The translations under genes and the position numbers were made by a program. From positions 11,467-75,466 of the forward strand of contig JALXBF010000014.1 of assembly GCA_026991575.1 (NCBI GenBank): DNA of 64,000 nucleotides, given 5' to 3'. Source of the stretch: Planctomycetota bacterium (GTDB taxonomy: Bacteria > Planctomycetota > Planctomycetia > JALXBF01). Of the stretch, positions 49,442 to 59,228 are shown in pieces. Positions within the stretch are counted from its first letter, which is position 1. Every line of letters starts with the position of its first letter. Below the pieces are notes generated by a model, which was not told where the DNA came from, ran no database searches, and worked only from the letters and a program-made list of their open reading frames with translations.

Positions 49442-49616
49442 GGGTTTGCCTCGGCGGTTCGAGGATTGTCCGTCGTACGGCCGATGGCTCCTGAGTCGTG
49501 GAGCGGCATGCGGCTGCCAACCGGCGTGCGCGACGCGGTCGGCAGCAGCAGCAGCACGCGTTTGTGCGCGAGTCGTTCGGGCGGGACGTTAACAGCATAG
49601 CGGAGGAGCTGGTGAA

Positions 49617-50723
49617 ATGGCAGGGCATGAGTTCCTGGCTCGAATCAGTCGGGGCAAGGTGGAGCTACGTGAGCTTACGGGGCAGGAGTCGGTGGTTGAG
49701 CTGATCGAACATGCGTTTCAGGCATACAACGCGGCTCGGCTCCGTGAACTGTGCCGCGTGTTCGTGGAGAAGATCTTGGAGCCGGATGTGTTGGTGGGGG
49801 TGGCCGTGAGCGGTGCGTTGACGCCGGGCGGTTACGGCACGAGCTGCTTGGTGCCGCTGATTCGGGCCGGCTTCATTGACTGGATCGTCAGTACGGGGGC
49901 GAACCTGTATCACGATGCTCATTTCGTGTTGGGACACGAGCTCCACCAGGTTGGTCCGTGCTGGGATGATGAGCGGTTGCGGCGGGAGCGGTTGATCCGG
50001 ATTTATGACATCGTGTTTCCGTATGAGACGTTGCTGGAGACGGATCGGTTGTTTCGCGAGTTGGCTCAGGCCAGTTGGTCGGGGGGCCGGGTATCGACGG
50101 CGGAGTTGCATTATGTGTTGGGCAAGGCATTGGCAGAACGGGAGCGGGCGGCGGGTCGGGAGCCCCGTTCGTTGTTGGCGGTAGCGGCGGAGTGTGAGGT
50201 GCCGGTGTACACGTCGAGTCCCGGGGACAGTTCGATCGGGATGAATCTGGCGGCGTTGCGGTTGGAGGGGGTGGAGGTGGTTTTGGATCCGTTGTTGGAT
50301 GTGAATGAGACGGCGGCGCTGGTCTATGGTGCGAAGAGTTCTGGGGGGAGGAGTGGGGTATTGATCCTTGGGGGTGGATCGCCGAAGAACTTCGTGTTGC
50401 AGACGGAGCCGCATATCCAGGAAGTGTTGGGGCTTGACGAGCGGGGCCATGATTACTTCTTGCAGATCACGGATGCTCGTCCGGACACGGGGGGTTTATC
50501 GGGTGCAACGCCGTCGGAGGCGATGACATGGGGGAAGGTGGATCCGGACCGGCTACCGGACGCGGTCACGTGCTACTGTGACACGACGATCGCCCTTCCG
50601 CTGTTAACCGCGTATGCACTGGCGAAACGGCCGCCCCGTCCCCACCGCCGCCTGTACAGCCAACGCCGCACGCTACTGCAGCGCCTCACCACCGCGTACG
50701 CGACGGCCAGGGTGCGTCGGTGA
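49617..50723 (+). CDS. deoxyhypusine synthase-like (DHS/homospermidine-synthase-like) family protein
   Basis: Conserved DHS-family blocks ([37 protein letters not shown]). Codon usage is unusual for this window (see findings). Confidence 0.7.
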   Translation: MAGHEFLARISRGKVELRELTGQESVVELIEHAFQAYNAARLRELCRVFVEKILEPDVLVGVAVSGALTPGGYGTSCLVPLIRAGFIDWIVSTGANLYHDAHFVLGHELHQVGPCWDDERLRRERLIRIYDIVFPYETLLETDRLFRELAQASWSGGRVSTAELHYVLGKALAERERAAGREPRSLLAVAAECEVPVYTSSPGDSSIGMNLAALRLEGVEVVLDPLLDVNETAALVYGAKSSGGRSGVLILGGGSPKNFVLQTEPHIQEVLGLDERGHDYFLQITDARPDTGGLSGATPSEAMTWGKVDPDRLPDAVTCYCDTTIALPLLTAYALAKRPPRPHRRLYSQRRTLLQRLTTAYATARVRR

Positions 50724-50818
50724 CTGGCCCACCGCTCGACCGCGCAAAGAACTACCGCGCCGGGCGGAAGGAACCCGGCGCGGTAGCCAGATGCTGCACG
50801 GGTTGGTTGTTGGTCGTG

Positions 50819-52147
50819 CTACTGGCTCAGGGCATCCTCGTCCAGCGGCGTCTGGAACACGGGCCAGCACTCGTTCATGGCCTTGCTGCCGCCGGCGGGG
50901 GTCATCAGCTTGGCGAAGACCTCACCGTCGATGGAGGTGCTGATCTTCCGGGCCGAGCCATCGCACATGACGATGTTGATGACGCCCGGATGGTTTGAGA
51001 TCAGGTACGGCCAGCCTTCGTCAGCGAAGACCGCGCCGTTGATATTCTCGGGCCAGCCTGCTGGATTCTGGCGGGCGTCTTCGCGGTTGACGCGTCCGAA
51101 GTCTGCGCGCCTGCCCGAGCAGGTCAAGCCTGGTCGGTTGATGTTGAACGGCTTACCGGTCTGGCAATTGCCGCCCTCGGCGCAGAAGTCGTCGCTCATC
51201 CAGAAGCCGACGCGGAACGGGTCAGGCGCAGCCCACGTTCCTTCGTACAGGCCGCTGCCCGGGGCGCCTGGGTGGCTGCTATTCCACCACGCACCTGCCT
51301 GATCCACGTACCCGGCCTTGATGCGTTCGCTCAAGAGGATCGTCGTGGAGGCACCGTCGCGGATACTGGACGGGGTTCTCCGGAGGTCGAAGGGGGTGTT
51401 GCCACGGAGGGTGCCGATGCTGGTCAGGGTCATGTTCTTGGCGGCGATGAGATCCTGGACTGGGGTTGCCCCGGAGAGGTTGAGGGGGTTACCGCTGTTG
51501 TTCACGGGGCTGAACCACAGGGTGGTGAATCCGCCGTTGATCACGTACGTTAGGTTCCCCCGTCCTTGGGTGACGGTGTCATCGTTGGGGCAGACGAGGA
51601 CGTTGAGGTGGCGTTGGCCGAGGGAGTAGTGGCTTTCTTCGGGTCCTTGGGTCGTGAAGTTGCCGGAGCTATCGGGTTCGTCGAACAGAGCGTACCGCCA
51701 GCCTCGGCCCGAGCCTGAGTTGACTTTACTGGTTGCCTGCCATTGTTCGTAGAGGGCCTGTTGTTCGATGAAGGGCAGGATGTCGACGACCCAGCTATGC
51801 AGGGGGAACTGCCAGACGATTTCGTTGACTTTGGTGAGGTCTGGCCAGGTGGCGTTGAAGCCTGGGTGGGCTGCCAGCGGGAGGCCCTGGGTGCCGGTTT
51901 GGTTGAGGCCGTTGCCGGCGGGGTCGTCGTTTTCGGAGGCGAAGGTTCCGAGGTTCGGGTAGCGTCCTTTTTGGGTGACGAAGTTCTGGATGGCCAGGCC
52001 GAGCTGGCGCATGTTGCTCATGCATTGGGTTTGTCGTGCGGCCTCGCGGGCCATCTGGACCGCGGGCAGGATGAGCGATGCGAGGATTGCGATGATGGCG
52101 ATGACGACGAGGAGCTCGATGAGCGTGAATGCTCTACGTTTGGTCAT
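50819..52147 (-). CDS. DUF1559-family protein with a prepilin-type N-terminal cleavage/methylation domain (H-X9-DG family)
   Basis: N-terminal [29 protein letters not shown]-terminal [18 protein letters not shown] = H-X9-DG. This family is hugely expanded in Planctomycetes. Confidence 0.8.
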   Translation of the reverse strand: MTKRRAFTLIELLVVIAIIAILASLILPAVQMAREAARQTQCMSNMRQLGLAIQNFVTQKGRYPNLGTFASENDDPAGNGLNQTGTQGLPLAAHPGFNATWPDLTKVNEIVWQFPLHSWVVDILPFIEQQALYEQWQATSKVNSGSGRGWRYALFDEPDSSGNFTTQGPEESHYSLGQRHLNVLVCPNDDTVTQGRGNLTYVINGGFTTLWFSPVNNSGNPLNLSGATPVQDLIAAKNMTLTSIGTLRGNTPFDLRRTPSSIRDGASTTILLSERIKAGYVDQAGAWWNSSHPGAPGSGLYEGTWAAPDPFRVGFWMSDDFCAEGGNCQTGKPFNINRPGLTCSGRRADFGRVNREDARQNPAGWPENINGAVFADEGWPYLISNHPGVINIVMCDGSARKISTSIDGEVFAKLMTPAGGSKAMNECWPVFQTPLDEDALSQ

Positions 52148-52599
52148 GTTCCACCTCCACCCGGCAGGGCAGCTTGGTTGCTATGGTGTGTCTATTGTAC
52201 GGTTAAGTGCAAAGCCGTTCTGACGATCTGACGGGCCCGCGGGCCCGGGAGGAACCGTCCACCCTGCCGCGGCGGCCACCTCCCGCAACCGTAGCCAGGC
52301 GTCCGGGCACTGAGAGCTTGTCTAGACGGCATTCCGCGCCACATAGTGTCGTCGCGGAGCCCCTTTGTGACACTTCCCGTTCTGTCGTGTCCGTCTTGTG
52401 GAGACGGGTGCCGGCGGGCCGTATCCGTAACGACCCTCGAGCAGCGCATGCCGACGTCGTTCGTCGAGCCCGTCAGCTCACCACCGCGAACCGATGCGCC
52501 AATGCATACACGGCCTCTGCGGCCTCTATCGCAGTATGAACTGCAACGCCGGCTTTGCTTGGTCACAACACCTAGCCCCCGCACCGCACAAACTGCGCA

Positions 52600-55500
52600 C
52601 TACTCGATTATCTCCGAGTAAATCACCACCTTGCGCAGAATCTGTAGGAGCTCTTCTCGGGTCTGTGGTGGTCCGGCCCACCCGTCAGCTCTGCTTCGAT
52701 CAACGACAAAGAACGCCCTGTGACGCACAGGCACTCCCGCATCGGTGCCAATTTCATCGCCCACCATTGGCAAGGCCTCGTCCGCCTCGTCGATCTGGCC
52801 GTCCAAGTCGTTATCGCGTCCATCGAATAATCTCGCGCCTCGAGAGAACAGCGGCACGTATACCACGTCGGTACCCCTGTCGACGGTGTCGTCACGGTTG
52901 TTGTCTAAACCGTCGCCGTCCAAAGAGAGTTCGTCTTCCTCGTCAACCTCTCCGTCACCGTCGTTGTCCACTCCATCCAAGCGCGCAGCTGGGAACCTTG
53001 GCTCTGCGACTTCGAAGAATCCAACCGTGATCCAAACGGCGAACACGCTACTTCTGGTCGTGATAACGTTCCCCAGCCGACGCAAAGGATCGAACAGGTG
53101 ATACGGGTAGCTGTACCGGTTGGGAATGGTGTTCGTGGCTCCGGGCACCAGCCCCTGCCGGTCACCGTTGCTCAGCCCGGGCGGAGCCACAGGTCTCCGG
53201 TCCAAGAGCAGTTGGCCAGCGGGACCGGCTAGTGCGAGAATGGTGTTCGCGATCGGGGCAGAAAAGCTTCGGATCGGCCCCTGCTGACGGAGCTGGTTTA
53301 GGGACATCCATAGTGCGGACTGCTCCGGCGAAGTTATCCCGGCGATTTGCCCGTTACCTGTCTGGACCAGCGCTGCCGGATGATTATTGAGCAACGCTAA
53401 AAGAACCTCCGGATCCGTTACCGTGTTGATGTTGACTTTTCCGGGCACACGCCAGCGACGGCGATCGCCCCCCCCGCCGTCGGAATCTCGGGAACCGTTC
53501 ATCGGGCTTGGGACTTCAACGAGCTCGAGTAAACGATGATAGGTAGGGGCGCGATGCGTTGGGGAGGGCTGTTGCAGGAAGTTCCACATATAGCCGTACA
53601 TGACGTGAGCCACGGGGCCATTTCCATCGAACCCCCAGAACGGCGCCGCGACCCCTGCACCCTGGTTCCCACCCGCGCCAGAGTCGAGCTGCTCCCACTT
53701 CCCGATTTCCACTAGCACATTTGCTGGGGTCGGTAAGGGCACAAAGAAGTCGATCTGTTGGGCACCCTGGTCCGCTTCACTAAGAGCTCGGAACACCGTT
53801 GTCAGCAGCGGCGGAGAAATCGCCGGTACAAGGAAGAGGTCAATTGGGCTGTAGACGGGATGATCGAAAAACACCAGTGGGGTTTCAACCTGGCGACGGT
53901 TCGCATTGGGTGCCCCGAGGGTATGCGGGCGCGCATTCTGCCCGGCGCCTCCCGGGTGCGGTTCGTGGCGGGCGGAGTACGTTTCCACTCGCTCCATGCT
54001 CACGATCCTGTTCTGGTTGTTCTGGCCAGCGTCAGCGAGCCATACCTTGGCACGAAGCACATCCACGGTGATGTATGGATTGGACTGCGCGTCGTGCGGG
54101 TGGCCCGGATGGGCTAGTCTCTGCAGGTAGACGTACATTTCGCGCGTGTTCGGATCCAGCTGCAGCTGCACGCTCTGCGGCAACAGGTCGAGCTCGTAGT
54201 CGACGCGGTCAATGGGAACAGCAGCGCCCTGGGGCGGCGGCCCGAGCACCAGGTACTGGCCAGGACGCAGTACCGGCGGGGGAGTAGGAGCGTTGTCGAA
54301 GGTCACGGTGTACGCCGCCTGTGCGACTTCCCCGGTGATCTCATCCGTGCTAGGTTCCGTGGCCAGGACCAACCGATATACGCCAACGCGCGGTTCGCCG
54401 GCGCGATTGGGCAGGTACTTGTCGAGGGCAATCTCCTGGTCCGAAGCGTTGAACAGCTCGATCCACAGACGGTATTGCGTGGTCTGATTCTGGTTGTTAC
54501 CTCCTTGGTTGCCAATGGATTCCTCGTAAGCCAGCGTCTCGGATATAACAACCTTGGGCTTCTCCACGCCCCACACCACCATCCGATGGACCCCCTCGTT
54601 AGTGGAAAGATTCCCATCCACGTCCCAGCCGTCCAAGGGCCACAGATCAAACTCAAAACCGGTCATAACATCGTCGGGGTCGACGAAGTCTACGAAGTTG
54701 ACCGCATACTGAGCCATTCTTCGCACAAAGTCTTTCGCCGGACCGTCGCTGGTGACGTTGCCCTTCGTCCAGGTCTGCAGCACGTCATCAGGTACGATTG
54801 AAAGCCAAAGCGCAAGATACAGGTCCCGCGCCATGGCCCGAGGGTCGTAGGACGGATCGGGACGGTTTGGGGCAGGTGAGATCGCTGTGCTGGCCCAATA
54901 GGGGAGCTGGTCCCTTGCAGCCGGAGGCATGATCAGCGGGCGATGGAGGTTGAGTCGGCGCCCGCTAGCCAGTTCCATCGGGATCTGGACGTCATCGCTG
55001 CCGGCGCTGCCCAGCTCGGCGGCTTCGTCTACTTGGCCGTTGGTATTGTCATCGTGGAGCGCACGTCCGGGAAGCAGGTCGGCACCTGGATGCCAGACTA
55101 AGCCGTAATCGCCCGGGTCCATTCCGCCGTTTGCCGCCTGCCATTGCTCGCCGATCGGGAGAATCCCGGTCAAGTGTGTTCGCGTGTGCGCCGGCGGTCG
55201 GTTCGCTCCCGCTCGGAATCGCAGTTGCGAAAGTCCAGCAGCACCATCGGAGTTAATTCCGATGGGTGGCAAGCTTGGAACAATGACGTCCCAGCTTTCG
55301 GTCGTCAGCATCCAACGTCGCCGAAGGGCAACCTCAGGAAGATATGGGTCGAAGAGGGAAGGAGCGAGTCGGCTCAGGCGAGCCCGATCCAACAGCCCCC
55401 GCGTCCCGATATCCCCGTAACGGTACAGCAATGCCAGCTCCGAAACTGTGAAGGGCCGGTCTGGACCGGCCAGGTCGGTCCGGTAGACGTTAACTTCGTT

Positions 55501-57153
55501 GGCCTCGTCAAGGTTCTCGTAGGTTTCCTCGCCCAAGCTCGCATCCCAGCCTAGCGCAACGCCGCCCGAGCCAAATCTGGGTAGTGTACTCGGCAGGGTA
55601 ACCCAAGGCCCGTACAACAGGCGGCCTCGCTGGTCAACCCACACGGCCCCGTCCCCGTCCAGGTCCATTGGGGTTCCCGCTGTGAACCAATGTGGCGTAA
55701 CTGTGGTCGCATCCTCCCATGTCAGTCCCGTTTGATTTGAGCCCGGCGAGTATACGAGGGCCCTATAGGGCCGCCACCGCATACCAAGCAGCAGATCGCC
55801 TGACTGGAAACGCAGCATAGCCGGATCGGCGACGTCTGCTGCTTGGGGATACGGGCTAGCACCGTAGCCGACGTCGTCATCCATCGACCCGACTCCTGGA
55901 GGATCAAAGTAGCCGCCCCACCGGCCCGGAACGACTTGCCCGGTCGTAGGATCGAAGAATCCCCGTATAATCCGTGCGTATTCGTAGAGCGAATACCCGC
56001 CTGTGGCGTAGACCTGACGGAAAAACAGCGGATCTGGCGAAAAGACGTTCTGAAGATTCACCTCCGTCGGTGAGGCTCCCTGTCCCGCCGACACTAGACC
56101 CGGAGCAGACACTCGCTGGAGTGCCTCAGCCAGCGTTGTCTGCCGTGCGGGGCTCGCGTCAGGCGGAACCAACAGATGGTCTAGGTGACTGTCGACTAGA
56201 TCTCGATGTTGCTGTCCCTGCCTCTCAGCAGGGTCATCGGCCCGTCCGGGAACGCTGTCCTCGTTGAGCTGCCCATGCACATTCAGGTTCAGTTTGCTGT
56301 CAAGGTCCACAATGAGCACTGCCACCAACGGTTTGTAGAGCTTGCCATCTTGGGTACGAAGGAACGGCAGCCCAGCGTCGATCCAGAAACTGTCTCGGAC
56401 CCCGTCAAGGTCATTGTCGACTTCCAAGACCGGCCCATTTGGGTAGGCACTGACTGGGAATAGGCCAGGGGGGTAAAGTACCCGAGCCAAGACATCTGCT
56501 CCTGATCCACTCAGAGCCGGCCGATGGTAGCTAGGTATCACCGTCGTGTTTAGCGTATTGGTCGTCCGGTCGACGCTACGTGTGATCAAGGCAAGGAACA
56601 TGTTGCTGAGGTCGGGAGCATCGTAGTCTTCGTCGTGTTGTGTGTCCTGGCTCGGGTGATCCGGAGGCAGCGTCGTGAACCGTACACCCGGGGTTCTTCC
56701 ATTTAGTACGTAGTTCACCCTCGCATCGCGGGCACCTAGCCCATTGAACGCTCTCTGATACCGCTCGAACCACTGAATCTTCCCGTCCGGAATGGGGCGG
56801 CCCCGCTCGTCGAACAGGTCGTTATCCGAGCCGTACATGTCGCGCAGGAGTGAGTGGCCGCGTAGCGCAGAAGTTGCGTTATCGGTATCGGCCACGATTT
56901 GACCGAGCACTGCTTCGAAGAGTTCAGCTGGCTCAAGATCGGCAATCGTCCGGCGCACTAGATTCCCGTATTGCTCTGAGGCCGATTGCTCGGCACCCGA
57001 GAGAGCAACGAAAGTGACTGCTAAGACGGAGACGATGGCCAGCAGTGCCAGAACGACGATCAGGGCAATACCCCGTCGTCGGTGCGCTGCCATGCTGCGA
57101 CCCCCGTGTCGACTCCGCAAGAGAAGACTATCTGCGGCGTCAGCACGGCTCAT
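52600..57153 (-). CDS. giant (1517 aa) GspK-like pseudopilin-cluster terminal protein with C-terminal Asp-rich Ca-binding-like repeats
   Basis: The N-terminal RRGIALIVVLALLAIVSVLAVTFVALSGAEQ resembles GspK/PulK N-termini. The C-terminus carries repeated DxDxDG-type loops (DGVDNDGDGEVDEED, DGDGLDNNRDD, DGRDNDLDGQIDEADE). Its start overlaps the upstream gene's stop by 4 bp. Confidence 0.5.
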   Translation of the reverse strand: MSRADAADSLLLRSRHGGRSMAAHRRRGIALIVVLALLAIVSVLAVTFVALSGAEQSASEQYGNLVRRTIADLEPAELFEAVLGQIVADTDNATSALRGHSLLRDMYGSDNDLFDERGRPIPDGKIQWFERYQRAFNGLGARDARVNYVLNGRTPGVRFTTLPPDHPSQDTQHDEDYDAPDLSNMFLALITRSVDRTTNTLNTTVIPSYHRPALSGSGADVLARVLYPPGLFPVSAYPNGPVLEVDNDLDGVRDSFWIDAGLPFLRTQDGKLYKPLVAVLIVDLDSKLNLNVHGQLNEDSVPGRADDPAERQGQQHRDLVDSHLDHLLVPPDASPARQTTLAEALQRVSAPGLVSAGQGASPTEVNLQNVFSPDPLFFRQVYATGGYSLYEYARIIRGFFDPTTGQVVPGRWGGYFDPPGVGSMDDDVGYGASPYPQAADVADPAMLRFQSGDLLLGMRWRPYRALVYSPGSNQTGLTWEDATTVTPHWFTAGTPMDLDGDGAVWVDQRGRLLYGPWVTLPSTLPRFGSGGVALGWDASLGEETYENLDEANEVNVYRTDLAGPDRPFTVSELALLYRYGDIGTRGLLDRARLSRLAPSLFDPYLPEVALRRRWMLTTESWDVIVPSLPPIGINSDGAAGLSQLRFRAGANRPPAHTRTHLTGILPIGEQWQAANGGMDPGDYGLVWHPGADLLPGRALHDDNTNGQVDEAAELGSAGSDDVQIPMELASGRRLNLHRPLIMPPAARDQLPYWASTAISPAPNRPDPSYDPRAMARDLYLALWLSIVPDDVLQTWTKGNVTSDGPAKDFVRRMAQYAVNFVDFVDPDDVMTGFEFDLWPLDGWDVDGNLSTNEGVHRMVVWGVEKPKVVISETLAYEESIGNQGGNNQNQTTQYRLWIELFNASDQEIALDKYLPNRAGEPRVGVYRLVLATEPSTDEITGEVAQAAYTVTFDNAPTPPPVLRPGQYLVLGPPPQGAAVPIDRVDYELDLLPQSVQLQLDPNTREMYVYLQRLAHPGHPHDAQSNPYITVDVLRAKVWLADAGQNNQNRIVSMERVETYSARHEPHPGGAGQNARPHTLGAPNANRRQVETPLVFFDHPVYSPIDLFLVPAISPPLLTTVFRALSEADQGAQQIDFFVPLPTPANVLVEIGKWEQLDSGAGGNQGAGVAAPFWGFDGNGPVAHVMYGYMWNFLQQPSPTHRAPTYHRLLELVEVPSPMNGSRDSDGGGGDRRRWRVPGKVNINTVTDPEVLLALLNNHPAALVQTGNGQIAGITSPEQSALWMSLNQLRQQGPIRSFSAPIANTILALAGPAGQLLLDRRPVAPPGLSNGDRQGLVPGATNTIPNRYSYPYHLFDPLRRLGNVITTRSSVFAVWITVGFFEVAEPRFPAARLDGVDNDGDGEVDEEDELSLDGDGLDNNRDDTVDRGTDVVYVPLFSRGARLFDGRDNDLDGQIDEADEALPMVGDEIGTDAGVPVRHRAFFVVDRSRADGWAGPPQTREELLQILRKVVIYSEIIE

Positions 57154-59228
57154 TGCAACTCCTCCACGATAGTGATCTGCCTTGTTTCTCCGGTCGCCTC
57201 GTCGATGAACCGGATCGTTATTTGGATTGCCTTGAGGGGCAGCGGGTAGGGCATGGCGTAGGCTGTGCCACCTGCCCCGGGCTCAGTGGCCGGCAGACTA
57301 TAGACTGAGCACCACGTGTCATACGTTTGCCACAAGGACTGCGGCGGGGGTAAAAGCGTTGGGACGAATGCATCGGTGTAGGGGCTCTGCGCGTTCCTCC
57401 TGACGTATAGGCCCTGGAAGCCAAGCCACGGATACCCGAACCCTGGCCCACCGATCTCAACGGGCGATCCATTGGTCGATCCATTGCGAAGGCGGACCAC
57501 ATGACGAGGCAGGGGAGGCCACAGCCGATTCCGGTACGCCACGTGCGGTTCTTGCGGTGGAGGCGCGATTGTGTCCGCCGACAAGAGGGCGTCTGGCTGG
57601 ATGACCAACGGGTCCAGGGGCCATGGGGATAGAGCGATCATGGCCGTGTTCCATTCGAGGACGCGGTCGTTGAGGTTGCTTTCGCCAACCCAGCCGGCGC
57701 CGGGCAGTGGCCCAGGTGGGGGCCCGTTCGCCCCATAGGGATCCAGTGCTTGATATCCCAGGTCAACGAACGCGCCAGGGCCATAAGCACCTTGTTGCTG
57801 CGCCCCCAGGCTGGGGGCGCCGCCTGTCGGATCCCACACTTTGACATCGAAAGACACAACGTTTTGCAAGAGAACATCCTCTGCGGCCCGCAGGGGATCG
57901 GTTGCGGCCCCGGCGTTGCCAGGAGCCCATGGATCGAAGCGTCTTAGCCCACCGGGGAGGCGCAGCGCCGTTGTGATGCTCGGCGTCCATCGGCCTCCGG
58001 CGAACTGGTTCGGATAGTCCCAACCAGGCGCCGATGACTCGCGCAACGTCGGACGCCCCCACCAAATCTCCTCCGTGGCAGCAACGGGACTGCCTCCCCC
58101 TGGATACGGAACCCCAGCGCCACTGGTCGCATTTTCCCACGATCGGTCCCGAGTCGCTGCAGAATGGTCTAGGGTGTCATGGCAGCCATTCGGCAGCACT
58201 CTATCGTCGAATGACAATCCGACATCGCCTGTGGGCGTCGGACCGAACGGAAAGTTCGGGTCAGCGGGGCTGTCAGCAGCAAGGCCCGAAAGTAGGTAGC
58301 CAGCGGGTGCGGTCATGCCGTACCTTGTACTGCGGTATGTCAGGTCGCCTAGCGTGTTGACAACGGGAACGGTGCCGCCGACAGATGGGGGACGGGCTGA
58401 AATATCGTACTGCGCATACCAAGAAATCGCGGGGTTGTAGAAGGCGGCAGAGGGTTGAGGAGTGTCTACCAGTAGGACCCGCCGGTACAGCGTGCCCTGG
58501 CGGACAAAATAGATCACTTCGGCATAAGGCGAGCTGGTCAGTCCATCGTCTGGCGGAGGCAACGCTCGGTCAGGCTCACTGCCGGGCACACAGCGGCCTA
58601 TGTAGCCGGCCCACGGTTCTGGAGAGCGGCTCCCCGTGGCGGAGAGGCTCACTGTGAAGGCAAGTACGTCGTCGCCATCCTCGCCTTGCTCGTCGGCTGG
58701 GGAATTCTCCTCGATCATGAAGTACCCCGCGTTCTCCCGGGGATCTACCCCCACCGGCACATAGTACTCGATGTACACGTCGTCACTGCCTGGCGCGCCA
58801 AGCTCGTCTCGGTCGATGATAAACACTGTGCTCTGCCCGGGGCCCGCCTCGGGTATGAAATCTCGGTATCCGTCACCGTCGTCGTCGACTCCTGCTCTAC
58901 CGGGTCGCGAGTCCGGACCCGGAAGCCACCGGCCTACCTTGACCGCTCGTGGAGAGACCGACCGGATGGTACGGTGGCGGAGGTCGAAACGAAGGGTGGA
59001 CTCGACAAAACGGATGCGTTCCAGCAGCACGTGACTAGCGCGCAGCTGGCGTGCTGCATCTGACGCCATGCCGACGACCTGGCCGACGATGGCCATCATC
59101 AGCATTAGGAGCGCCACAGCGACGAGCATCTCGACGAGCGTCAGCGCTCGTCGGCTCCGCAGCGCCCCTCCGCTCGGCCACCACCTCCCAGAACCGACAA
59201 CATGTGTAATGGTCGGCGGATTCTTCAT
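57150..59228 (-). CDS. enlarged pseudopilin-like protein (~693 aa) with a class-III signal peptide
   Basis: ATG at 59228 in an ATGA overlap with the upstream stop. RSRRALTLVEMLVAVALLMLMMAIV prepilin-type motif. Internal GRAGVDDDGDGYRDF Ca-loop-like motif. Confidence 0.6.
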   Translation of the reverse strand: MKNPPTITHVVGSGRWWPSGGALRSRRALTLVEMLVAVALLMLMMAIVGQVVGMASDAARQLRASHVLLERIRFVESTLRFDLRHRTIRSVSPRAVKVGRWLPGPDSRPGRAGVDDDGDGYRDFIPEAGPGQSTVFIIDRDELGAPGSDDVYIEYYVPVGVDPRENAGYFMIEENSPADEQGEDGDDVLAFTVSLSATGSRSPEPWAGYIGRCVPGSEPDRALPPPDDGLTSSPYAEVIYFVRQGTLYRRVLLVDTPQPSAAFYNPAISWYAQYDISARPPSVGGTVPVVNTLGDLTYRSTRYGMTAPAGYLLSGLAADSPADPNFPFGPTPTGDVGLSFDDRVLPNGCHDTLDHSAATRDRSWENATSGAGVPYPGGGSPVAATEEIWWGRPTLRESSAPGWDYPNQFAGGRWTPSITTALRLPGGLRRFDPWAPGNAGAATDPLRAAEDVLLQNVVSFDVKVWDPTGGAPSLGAQQQGAYGPGAFVDLGYQALDPYGANGPPPGPLPGAGWVGESNLNDRVLEWNTAMIALSPWPLDPLVIQPDALLSADTIAPPPQEPHVAYRNRLWPPLPRHVVRLRNGSTNGSPVEIGGPGFGYPWLGFQGLYVRRNAQSPYTDAFVPTLLPPPQSLWQTYDTWCSVYSLPATEPGAGGTAYAMPYPLPLKAIQITIRFIDEATGETRQITIVEELQ

